Assembly (NCBI GenBank): GCA_963667015.2
Contig: CAXXJJ010000004.1
Coordinates: 864,001-928,000, forward strand
DNA from: Desulfatiglandales bacterium
Lineage (GTDB): Bacteria > Desulfobacterota > DSM-4660 > Desulfatiglandales > HGW-15
Length of the DNA: 64,000 nucleotides
Direction: 5' to 3'
Shown: positions 36,256 through 47,908 of the stretch, piece by piece
How positions within the stretch are numbered: position 1 is the stretch's first letter
How the letters are laid out: each line of letters starts with the position of its first letter
Program-made: the position numbers and the translations under genes
Notes under the pieces: generated by a model
The model's database searches: none
The model's input: only the letters and a program-made list of their open reading frames with translations
What the model was told of the DNA's origin: nothing

Positions 36256-36789
36256 ATGAACGACAATTTACTAAAAAAATACCTCCAGTATGCCAGCACG
36301 GATGAATCCTTTGCAGTTATCTTTGTGAAAAAGCATCTACTACAAAGTAAAGGTCATTGGGTTGATATTGTTGATTATCGACGTTATGAGATGTCTTCGG
36401 ACGATTTACACTTCCGATTCGTAGTGGGCGGACTGTATAAACGGAAAATACAGCCTAATTATCCTTCAAAATCTGCATTCACCATTGATGGAAAATTTGA
36501 TGAACATCAGTATCGATTAACTGTAAGAGCCCTAACATGGGAAACAGCACACAAAGATATAGAACAACAGAAATTAAATGACGAACCCGCACGTAAATTT
36601 AAATTAACAGGCGTTAGTTACGATATAAATCGAAACAACAATGGGTACTTCAAGGACGACGCACCGCTGGAGATAAAAGCTCTTGCAAAGGATTTAAATG
36701 ATCGCACAAACCCATTATGGGATAAAGCCATGCGATACATCAATAAACCTGAGTTTGTTTATAAAATAAAGCAAATTTATATCTCCTAG
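36256..36789 (+). CDS. Hypothetical protein
   Basis: 177-aa ORF just outside attR. Confidence 0.7.
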   Translation: MNDNLLKKYLQYASTDESFAVIFVKKHLLQSKGHWVDIVDYRRYEMSSDDLHFRFVVGGLYKRKIQPNYPSKSAFTIDGKFDEHQYRLTVRALTWETAHKDIEQQKLNDEPARKFKLTGVSYDINRNNNGYFKDDAPLEIKALAKDLNDRTNPLWDKAMRYINKPEFVYKIKQIYIS

Positions 36790-37679
36790 CATGAAAAACC
36801 TAACGATCCCTTCAATCAAGGATGTCTAAAGCTCAGCTTGATCTGAATAATTTTCTTCTTTTCTACCATCCGGATTAACTCAAAAGATTTTTGGAATAGA
36901 CCCATTGTTTTGGCACCACTGTAAATCTTTTCTTTTAAAAGGTTCAACTGAGAGGTCAGGAGTTGTAGCTACTGCACATTTGCCTTTTTAAGCTGTTTTT
37001 TACATTTTATTAACAGTTTCGTTGTTGACTTAATTTCGTTTGAACCCTATCATTTGACTACAAAGGTAATCGCTTTTGTCAGGCCGGATGATCCTCCCGT
37101 TGTTTTCTCGACTACTCCCAATCATCCGGCTTTTCTATTTTTATTTCTAATGCCTGTCTATCTCTTGTATTGTATTATAAAAAGAGGTTTAAATAGTAGA
37201 TATCCCCGGAACCCCTCCCGGATTCCAGGGAATATAAATGGGAAGTATTAACACAGTAAGAAAGTAACGGAGGTAGTTGGTACACCTGCATTAACCTTAG
37301 TGGAGGGGATACAATATTTCCAGGCTCAAATCAATGTAAAAAAGGCCTGAACAAACAGGCATTTTTTAATATCAGGTGTAATTTCAATGGAAATTGAAAA
37401 TATAAAACAAGAGTACCAGTTCAATGGTATAAATTAAGTGCATTTAAAGAACTTATTGAATTAGAAATGGCTAAAAAATTAAATGAAATCAAAAATTGTT
37501 TGCGATATGCGAATGGAAAAAGATGCGTAGTCACATGATACAGTGAAACATTTTTAAAAAAACTGATTTCCCGTATGGATTTTTGCCTTGTTCCGGAATA
37601 AATGCCTTTGCTCACCACTGCCCTTTTCATGCCTCTTTCCAATTACCTCTTCGATAAAATGAACCACTTCTTTTAACTG

Positions 37680-37832
37680 GTGTCCATCCAGAAATAACAA
37701 AAATCCGGATGGAGCTTTCAGCATTCAGCTATCAGCCGTCAGCTAAAGCTCTGCTTTAAAAGCATTTAGCCAAAAGCTGAACGCTGACAGCTGACCGCGG
37801 CTATTCAAAAACGATAGTTTTTGGATTGGCAC
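37680..37832. repeat. MITE-like element, copy 1
   Basis: Terminal IR GTGTCCATCCAGAAA / TTTTTGGATTGGCAC; internal TCAGC / GCTGA heptamer arrays. Confidence 0.7.
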
Positions 37833-38077
37833 TAACTGACATTTTCCACCTCTTTTCGTCAATTTCCGGATACATTTTTTATATACCAGTGACAGATACG
37901 CAGTGAATCTAATGCATCGTTAGCTAATAACATATATTTGTTTAATTCTGTTAAAATAATATTAATAAATTCTATTTTCCTACCGATAGATCATGTATAT
38001 CATTTTCTTTTACGGGCTGCGGTCAGTATAACCTGTTTTTAGGTCTTCTGATTACCAATATTGTCAGACCAGGGGGC

Positions 38078-38093
38078 TGGCATAGGATTTGCA
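38078..38093 (+). promoter_or_regulatory. Sigma54 -24/-12 promoter
   Basis: TGGCAT-AGGAT-TTGCA (GG-N10-GC). Confidence 0.7.
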
Positions 38094-38177
38094 ACATTTT
38101 TTCCAGGGCAACCTGTAATTCTACACAGTTTATACAGATATTATAAAAACAAATTCTACAACCTACAGGAGAAGATT

Positions 38178-39254
38178 GTGGATAAATTATTGCAATTTTT
38201 GAAGGAACTTCAAACAGATAATAAATTTAAAAATTTTGATGAGGCATCAATTAAGCAGGGAATTATTTTAAGAATTTTGTCGACTTTAGGCTGGGATCCA
38301 TTTGACTTAACTGAAATCCAACCTGAATACAGTGCAAAAAAACAGAAAATTGATTTTGTTTTAAAACAAAATGATTCACTAAAAACCTTTCTGATGGTTA
38401 AAAAGGGCCTCGACAACTTTAAAAATCATATCGAAATGCTGCTGAATTCTTCCGCAGAGTCCGGTGTAAAAATCGCTGTTTATACAAATGGTCTTTCATG
38501 GTGGTTTTTTCTGTCTTCTGCCGAAGGCAGCATTGATGATAAAAGGTTCTGGTCATTCGATTCAGGTAAAGAAAAGATTGAGGTAATTGCAAAAAGATTA
38601 CATGATTTCCTTTCAAAGGATAATATTGTCAGCGGGCAGGCGGAAAAGCTGGCTGACGAAATTATCAATAAAAGAAAAGAAGTGGCACTGATAAATGAAT
38701 ACCTTCCAAAGGCCTGGGAGAAGGTAATTAATGAACCGGAAATATACCTGGTTGATGTTATATCAGAAGTTACAAAAGGTCTTTGCGGGTATAAACCCAA
38801 ACGGGATAAAATTATTGAGTTTGTAAAGTCTGAAGGCAAGATAAAATCGAAAAAATCTGAGGAATTTGTAATCGACGATCTAACCAAAATAATAGATGAT
38901 AAAAGTGTTAAAAATGATAAACCTCAGAATGGCTACAAAGGCAAGATTATTAAATCTTTCATTTTTAAAGGCAATGAGTGTAATGTCAAATCATGGGAGG
39001 ATCTACCCTTTGAACTGTGCAATATAATCTACAAAAACCATAGGGAATCATTTGAAAACGTAATTTATATATCTCTCAAGGGGCGAGACTTCTTCTCAGA
39101 CAATCCTCACCAATTCCTTATAAACAGAGAAATTTCCGGAACAGGTATATTTATCAATACTGACCTGTCGGAATCGGTCGCAGTGGCCCTTTGTTTTGAG
39201 ATATTAAAACTTTTTGGCTATGAAGAAAGTGATCTTGTCATAAATACAAAATAG
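38178..39254 (+). CDS. HsdR_N-like domain protein with a C-terminal SeqA-like domain
   Basis: GGAG SD and GTG start; LGWD..PEY..IDF, TNG..W motifs. Confidence 0.7.
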   Translation: MDKLLQFLKELQTDNKFKNFDEASIKQGIILRILSTLGWDPFDLTEIQPEYSAKKQKIDFVLKQNDSLKTFLMVKKGLDNFKNHIEMLLNSSAESGVKIAVYTNGLSWWFFLSSAEGSIDDKRFWSFDSGKEKIEVIAKRLHDFLSKDNIVSGQAEKLADEIINKRKEVALINEYLPKAWEKVINEPEIYLVDVISEVTKGLCGYKPKRDKIIEFVKSEGKIKSKKSEEFVIDDLTKIIDDKSVKNDKPQNGYKGKIIKSFIFKGNECNVKSWEDLPFELCNIIYKNHRESFENVIYISLKGRDFFSDNPHQFLINREISGTGIFINTDLSESVAVALCFEILKLFGYEESDLVINTK

Positions 39255-39355
39255 TAAAAGAATTGTAGTCAGGTTATATCTTTAATAGATGACCTGGCTA
39301 CACTCTTCTTTGTTTTTAAAATATTATTTTAGAATTGAATAGTAGTAAAAATCTA

Positions 39356-39754
39356 TTAAATCTTTAATTCATAATCCGGATCAATTTCAAGCCATGCCTT
39401 TGCCTCATCAATGCTCTGAAATATTTTTGTCTTGAGTTTTTCCTCGTCAATATAAGCCTGATGATATTTTTTAATACCGGAAAAATAATCTTCCCTTGTA
39501 ACAATTGCGCATTTCTCATTGATAAATCTGTCAGACAACTCCTGTTTTCTTTTTGAAAAATCAATAGATTCACTGTTAGATAAACCGCTTTTCTTTAAAT
39601 CAACGTAATCAAGCAGCTTTTTCATAGGAGGAATATATGCAGGATCATTTGCCAGTTTTTCTATATGAGCCATAAGTTCCTCATACTTCAAATCATCAGA
39701 AGCCTTAACATAAACCAGTTTAATGTCTTCAAATATTTTATATTTAAGGGACAT
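39356..39754 (-). CDS. STAS/SEC14-like hypothetical protein
   Basis: CAIV...IFQSIDEAKAWL. Confidence 0.75.
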   Translation of the reverse strand: MSLKYKIFEDIKLVYVKASDDLKYEELMAHIEKLANDPAYIPPMKKLLDYVDLKKSGLSNSESIDFSKRKQELSDRFINEKCAIVTREDYFSGIKKYHQAYIDEEKLKTKIFQSIDEAKAWLEIDPDYELKI

Positions 39755-42700
39755 AAAATCACCTCCAATGAGTTATAAATAACGCCAATTTTTTATGTTC
39801 TTATTATATCACAATCGAGATGTAAAAACTAAGCTTCTTACCTGCAGAAAATACCTGGAAGATAAGTGCCCACGCAGTATGATTTGAGGGAAATCATATT
39901 TTAATACCTATAAAATCAGAAGTAAAGAACAGGTAAAGAATCCTGACACAAAAAGCCAGGATTCTTTAACTATAGGCATATAATTCAATAAACCATTTAA
40001 TTGGACTCTTCTTTTATCACATGCGAAGAAACAGCTGTCCCCTGTTTTGTTAAGTTATTGAAATCATCCACACTGATCGTTGTATCAGCATAAGCCTTAT
40101 CCATGAGTTCATGAGAGTCAACAACATCAAGATACATTTCAGCAATCCTGCCAAATACAGGGAATAAATATGTTCCGGTTTTAGACAGGAATCCATCTTG
40201 ATCCGATTTAGCTTTTCTTTCAAGGGCATCAAATCTTCCTCGAATAAAATTCGCTAAATCCGGGGCAAAACCTTCAACATGAGTCTGGGCTCCCTTTAGA
40301 GCTTTTATCCAGTCTGTAATAGGCATATATACTGCTGTTCCGTCTCTCTCTGTCCAGTCCAGATGATAGCCTGTAAGTTCTGACAGAGCAATATTACCGA
40401 ATATACCGGAACCACCTCCTCCACCTCCGCCTTCTCCGTCAGTCGAAGGTGGGTCGTCAGTAACAGGGGGATCGGCAGGATCATCCGGCTCAACAGGTGT
40501 TGATCCTAATCCTGAAGGATCTAATATGATTCCATTGGCTACACCATCGTTATCCCCTGTTCCTCCATCAGTGAGGGTAAGAGTGATCTGATCTCTTTCA
40601 ACATTAAAAGATGCATGGGAACTGTAATCAATCCACCCATCAGTTGAGCTGTATTTATACCACTTATAACCCTGCGGTGCCGGTGTGGGGAGATATATAG
40701 TTACGTTTACGGTTCCTCCTGTGACATCAGTCTGAAAAGTAAAATCCATCAACCCATATATCAGATTTTCAGGCCTGTTCCGAGTATCAGTTATCATGGA
40801 AGGGGCAATGATATCCAGGGCCACTACATCTCCACCCTCGACCATTGCAAATCCGGTATCCTCATTTGTGGATGTAGTAAATGTAGTAACATACTCCGGA
40901 AATCCCGTAATGCCGTTATCATTTACAGTTACTAAAACAGTATCTTCGGATGCAAGTCCTACATTATCGGTAACTGTTAATTTAAATGATAAGGTTATTC
41001 CTTCCTCACCTACAGGAGGAGTTACAAATGTTGGGAGAGCATCCGTATCATCGGATAAGGTAACTTCCGGATCTTCATCAATCTGTTCCCAGAAATAACT
41101 TGCTATTCCATCATCCGGATCGGAGGAATTGGAACCAAACAGCGTGACAGTTTCACCTTCAAATATATCTATTTGATCTTCTCCGGCATCAGCGACAGGA
41201 GAAATTCTATAATCACTGAGATCATCTGGATTGGTACCTTTTAAATATTCCTCAAAGTTACTCTGACCATCTCCATCAGTATCATCATCAGCATCATTTA
41301 CCAGTGGATTTAGCCCGAAGAATTCTTCCCAACTGTCAGGTAAACCATCTCCATCTGTGTCAACCGGATAAATATAATTACCGTTGTCTAATATAGATGA
41401 TTTTAACTCAACCGTATCATCCTCAGAGCTTTGTTGCTTCACAAAACCCAAATTAGGAACAAACCAACGATAATTACTTTCTTCTATATCAAGAGTTAAA
41501 TCTGTAGACGTCCCCCAGATATGTAAATAATAGTATACTTTATAAGCTTCATAAGTTTTAAATAAAAGGTCAATAGTTGTTTTTTCAATAAAATCAATCT
41601 TCAGACTGACATTGAATTCACTACCAAGAATCTCTGTTGTAGCGGATGAGTTAGCTCTATCATACAAGTCCATTGGAAAACATAGATATCTAAGGCCTTC
41701 TGAAAAGCGTAGATCATAATAATTACCATCATTTTCAATTGTTGTACCCCATAAGTAAACCTGATTACCGGCATCCTGCAACCATTCTTTCTTTATTACA
41801 GAATCGACTCCTTTTCTTTCTAAAACATATGTAGGTATTGAAAATGTATTCTGATCAATATATGTTATTTCTTTTTCAATTGAGACAATTCTATCTTGGT
41901 ATATCCCTCCATATTTCCATTTATTTCCTTGTTCCAGACCGAATAGATTCAGCAATTCTAATGAAGGAGGATTAGCAGGAAAATCAATGCTTTCAAAAAC
42001 CCCCATATCATATCCATATCCGATTGGCCGCTGAACACCAATGATATCAAAATCAATGATAAATTCCGGTGCATTGGAGAATAAACCCGTATCAATACAT
42101 TTCGAGTTAATATCAAGTTTGAAATTTCCATTTGCGGGATCAATAAACAAAGGATCAAAATTAATATTTCCATTTCCAGCATATCCACCTTTGATATTAC
42201 TGAAGGCTATGGATATATTTTTATTAGAATAATTCTTTATTTCATCAGGTGAGTTATTCCATATTATAGAATTAATAACACTGATTGGCATATCCAGATT
42301 AGTGTAGATACCGGCACCTTCGGAGGCAATATTCTGAGTAATAGTGCAATTTTGGATGAAGTCACTATTTCCGTTTTCATCAATATATCCATCATCGCTG
42401 CTTAATGTATCAAAATAAATACCTCCTCCATTGTAAGCACTGTTTTTTGAAATAATACTATTGACCATTACCAGATAATCTTCGGCATAAATACCTCCAC
42501 CGTATCCATTTTCAACACTATTCCCGCTGATTATACAATTGATTATTGTCGTATAGGTATTCCCGGCAACGTGCATGCCACCGCCCCGACCCGTAACATC
42601 CGCTTCGATTGTCTCAATATAGTTATCTATTATTTTGCAATTAATGATTGAGGCCTCAGAAACATGGCTGCAAAAGATGCCCCCTCCACTATTTTCACTA

Positions 42701-43757
42701 ATTATTGAATCAGTTATGATAGGCCACGAAAATGGCATTATAGATATACCACGCCCGTTGTTTCCCTGTATAATACAGTTGGTAATAGTTGGTCCAGACT
42801 CATCGATTTGTATTCCTGCTGCGTATTCACCACCTCTTTCATTATACCCGTTTATAATTTTAAAACCGGTCAAAACAGAGTCAGCATCTTCATAGTTAGA
42901 AAATATAAAACCAATACCTTCCTGTTCACAGTCAACAATTGTGTTTTCCGGCCCATTTTCAGATCGTACAGTAATCGCTTTGCCAAAGTATAAAATATTT
43001 TTATTCATTTCACCCGTATAAACACCATCACTGACTATCACTGTATCGCCATCGTATGCTGCATGTATGGCCGCCTGAATACTCGGGTAATCATCAGGGA
43101 CGTGAATTGCTCTCCGAATTAATGTGCTTTTTGAATGAGCTTCTTTTCCATTGTTATCAGATACCGTACAAACGGCATAAGATCTGCCACCGGAGTTGTA
43201 GGTATGAGAAAAAATGCCAGTAGTATTTGTTTCAATGTCACTTCCATCTCCATAATTAATAAAGTAGCTGGAAATAGTTCCGTCTACATCATGAGCAGTG
43301 CAGCTAAATGTAACTTCAAGCGGTCTATCTCCTTCAGTCACATCAGCATTAAAAGTGTCAATTATCGGCTGTGAAGAGTCATATACAGTTGCTTCAAATG
43401 CTCCCATATCATAGCCAGTGTTCAGAGGCCTTGTTGCACCATTAATATCATTATCTAGTGCAACGCTTGATGTACCTGTATCTATACAAGGAGAATTATG
43501 TTCTAAGGTAAAATTATCGCCTGCCGGATCGGTGAATAACGGATTCTGGGAAATATTGCCTTCTCCCGTATACCCTCCTTGGATATTACTGTAAAAAATT
43601 CTGGGACTAGAGTAATCACTACTTAGATTGTATATTTCATTTGGCCAATTTCCCCAAAGAATACAATTTGTAAAAATGGGTTCATATTCTGGGCCTGAAC
43701 TGCTTGAATAATGTTTAATTCCACCGCCTATACCTGATAAGCTTATGTTACCACTTA

Positions 43758-45667
43758 GGGATGACTCATAAATAAATTAACAGATTAAAGATGAACTATA
43801 CCATAAAGCTTGAAAGCGTCTGACATGGCGATAGATATATTACATTGTAATATTAGCAGGTTAAATATTGACAGGATTGAAAATAATTTGATATAGTTCC
43901 CCCTATTATCAATTTAATAGGGGGAACTATATCAAATGTACGCTCAAAAACCTCGGTTAAACGAAGCCTTGGAATTCTTTAAAAGCAATAAAATCGGAAG
44001 GTTAGACAATCTAAAACATGCACTTCATACCAATAGTACAATGACTGTTTTTCGATCACTCAAAGAGCTTAACTATCTTTCAAGTTATTCTCACAGGGGA
44101 AAGTACTACACCTTGCAGAACATTCCAAAATTTGATGAACTTGGTTTATGGTCCTTTCAATCGGTGTGGTTTTCCCAATATGGCAATCTCGTTGAAACGG
44201 CAAAAGAGTTTGTGGAAAACTCAAACGCCGGCTATACAACTCACGAACTTGAAGATATCCTTCATGTTGAAACCAAACACCCCCTTCTGAGTCTTTATAA
44301 GCAAGGACGAATCAACCGAGAGAAATTCGGGGGATACTATGTGTATCTTTCCAGTGAAGTGCATGATAAAAAAAGGCAGATTGCAGTTCGTAAAACAGGC
44401 GCTGAAAAATTTGAGGTTGACCTCTCATATGAAATTAAACTGCTCTCTGAGGAGCTGAAAGCAGCGATAATATTGTTTTTCAGTCTATTAGATGAAAAGC
44501 AGCGACGACTGTATGCTGGTTTGGAATCCTATAAATTGGGACATGGCGGAGATAACCAAATCGCAAAATTATTGGGATTGGATGTTCATACTGTTTCCAA
44601 AGGGCGTAGAGAATTATTCAGCCAGGATATAAAAGTCGATCGTATCCGCGAGAAAGGAGCCGGCAGAAAACCTGTGGAAAAAAAATTCCGCAGGTCACCG
44701 AAAGGATAAGAAAGCTTTTGAAATACGAAACAGCAGGCCATCCAATAAGCGGACTGAAGTGGACACGAAAAACCACGGAAAAAATATCCAGTGAACTGGA
44801 GTCTATTGGAATTATTGTTTCCGCAAATACAGTATGCAGGCTTTTAAAACAAATGGGCTTTTCCTTGAAAGTGAATTGTAAAAAAATAGAATCCGGGATA
44901 AGCAATCCGCCGGACCCGAAAAAAAGAGACCAGCAATTTGGCTATATTGCCGATTTACGCGAAAAATTTACGAAACGACAACTTCCTGTTATCAGTGTTG
45001 ATACCAAGAAAAAAGAGTTGATTGGGAACTTTAAAAACTGGGGAGATTCCTGGCAGGAATCTCCCATTGAAGTTAAAGATCATGACTTCCCTAGTGATGC
45101 CAAAGGGAAAGCTATTCCATACGGTATCTATGATACACAAAAAAATATCGGTACAGTTTTTCTGGGTGTTACACGGGATACGCCCTCTTTTGCTGTTGAT
45201 TCCATTGAGACCTGGTGGAAGACCGAAGGGAAAGCCAATTATCCGGATGTCAAAGAGCTGCTTATACTGGCTGATTCGGGCGGTAGCAACAGCTGCCGAT
45301 CACGGGTGTGGAAATATAAAATCCAAAAAAATATTTGTAACCGGTATGGATTATCCATCAGAGTCAGCCACTATCCTCCCGGTTCGTCAAAATGGAACCC
45401 TATCGAACATAGACTGTTTTCAGAGGTCAGCAAAAACTGGGCTGGACGTCCGCTTGATTCGTATGAGACTGTGCTAAAATATATCCGTACTACAAAAACA
45501 TCTACAGGCCTCAAGGTGAAAGCACATTTTGTCAGAAAAAATTATAAAACAGGAGAGAAAGTTTCTAACAAACAAATGGATCAAATAGCCATCAAAAATG
45601 GCCTATTACCTGAGTGGAATTATATTTTACATCCAACTAAAATGTGATTTTATTTTTGAGTCATCCC
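43758..45667 (+). mobile_element. ISAzo13-family insertion sequence
   Basis: IRs GGGATGACTCATAAATAAA / TTTATTTTTGAGTCATCCC; TTA target duplication at 43755-57 and 45668-70. Confidence 0.92.
43936..45647 (+). CDS. ISAzo13 transposase, two ORFs joined by a -1 frameshift
   Basis: A8 run at 44678-85 links ORF 43936-44709 to the -1 frame (KKIPQV...ETAGHP, SVDTKKKE, HDF, ADSGGSN, SKWNPIEHRLFS). Confidence 0.88.
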
Positions 45668-47908
45668 TTAGTGTACAGTTGAGAGCAGTATAAGCTCCTC
45701 CGTGTATCCCTCCCCCACTGCCTACAGTAACATTATTAGCGATAATGCAGTTTACTATCTTTGGTGCGACAGTATTATTATGACAGAATATCCCTCCTCC
45801 ACCAGCAACAGTGGGTTCTAAACCTTGAGCCAATGCGATATTTTTACTGATAACACATTTTGAAATAGTAGGCGTTCCTTCTAACAAATAGATACCGCCA
45901 CCATTACCCGACTTGTTTTCAGTAATAGTGCAGTTCTCAATTAATGCTGATCCATTACGTATATAAATACCACCACTTTCGTTATACTTTATAATACAAT
46001 TTTCAATGACAGGTGAAGAACTACAGAAAATCCCACCTCCACCAAAACTATACAGCAGATCTGGCAATCCTAGTGGAATACCATATAAAACAGTAAATCC
46101 GGACAAAATGGAATCAGAACCTTCTTTGTTGTTAAAAATAAATCCACGTCCAGCACGTTCGCAGTCTATAATTGTGTTATCTGGCCCATTTTGAGATTTA
46201 ACAGTGATAGCCTTTCCCTTAAAATCGATATTTCTATTTCCTTCTCCTCTATATATACCATCGGCAACAAGGATTGTTGTATTTGACTTGTCTGCCGCAG
46301 CATCAACAGCCTCCTGAATAGTAGTATAGTCAGATGGGACATTTATAACACCATTGTAGAGTGGACTTAAAGAGATGGAATTTACTGTTATTCCTGAATT
46401 GTCTGTTACAGTGCAAGTGGCATATACATCGGTTGAATAATAGGTATGTTCAAAAAGACCTGTTGTGTTTGTTTCTATAGGACTCCCATCTCCATAATCA
46501 ATCGTGTAGGAAATAATCTCACCATCAAGGTCTGTTGCTGTGCAGATAAATGATACTAGAACTGGAAAAGAAACAGAGTGGGGGGTAATTGCAAAAGACT
46601 CTATTTTGGGTCTAGTTGAAGCGTAGCCTGTTAATTCATATGCACCAACATCAATACCAACACCTTGGGGTCTTTGATTCCCTTCTATATCAATTTCAGG
46701 AGAACCTTCAGATGTTCCTCTATCAATACAAGGGGACTGAACTGACAGGTGAAAATCGTTGGATTCAGAATTAATGAACAGTGGGTCGCCATGAAAGTTT
46801 CCTTCACCATTGTACCCTCCTTCAATATTACAGAATTTAAATACGGGAATAAGCAGGGGAACATCTTCCCTAATAGAAATCTCATCCGTTGTGTTTCCCC
46901 ATATGATACTATTTGTAATGATTGGTTGAGAACTACCATAGTCGTTAAAATAAATACCGCCGCCGCTTGAGGAAGATGAGTTACCATAGATAGTGCAATT
47001 TGTTAATGTCCCTCCATCAAGATAAAGGCCTCCACCATACCCCCATCCTTTTAATGCATCACCAGTACTAATATTGTTTGCAACAATGCAATTAGTCATA
47101 AGTAAGCTGCTTTGACTTGCATACATTCCTCCGCCATTTTGTCCGATATTTTCATTTATTAGACAATTTTTAATATTTAAAGATGTTAAACGGAAAGAAA
47201 TACCTCCACCGGGCCCAACAGAATTATTCCTAACAATTGTGCAATTTAACAAATTTATTTTATAACCATATTTAGATCCACTACTAGCGATACCTCCTCC
47301 CCATCCATATTTGTCAGAGCTATTATCGCTGATAACACAATTGCTAACAGAGGATGAAGAGTCATGAAAATAAATTCCAGCACCATCACCTGTAGAGTAA
47401 CAATTTTTTATAATACAATTGGATATGGTCGGTGAAGCGTCCTCACAATATATTCCTCCACCATTGACTGTTGCCACTGCAAATATATCGGCTCTGGCAT
47501 TTCTGATAGTAAACCCATCTAATTTTGTCTCAGGACTTTCATTGTTTTGGAATAAGATACCTCTCCCTTGTTGCTGTGGATCGATTATGCAATTCAAAGG
47601 ACCATTTTGAGACTTGAGAACAATAGCCTTTCCTTTAAAATCAACATTGTAATTCCCCTCACCTGAATAGACTCCATCAGCGATGAGAACTGTATCCCCA
47701 TCAACTGCTGCGTCGATCGCGAACTGGATGTTAGGATAGCCTGAAGGAACATTCAGTGTTGCAGCATCAGCTTGGATTGGATGAAAACAAATTGTTAGAA
47801 TTAAGACAACTTGAGCAACCAGGCACCAGAGAATGTTTTTTCTTTCCATTCTTACTCCCAAAAGATTTGTTTTAGTCAGTCAGAGACAATGTAATGACAT
47901 TTAGTTTT

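Larger units (their letters stand above)
39997..47861 (-). pseudogene. IS-interrupted large secreted parallel beta-helix/PKD surface protein (about 1983 aa intact)
   Basis: Removing the IS and one TTA joins ...ALNCTL to SGNISLSGIGGGI... in frame, giving 5952 nt. Confidence 0.9.

Noticed and set aside
44678..44720. Transposase pseudogene
   Set aside because: The A8 run and -1 frame fit a programmed frameshift.
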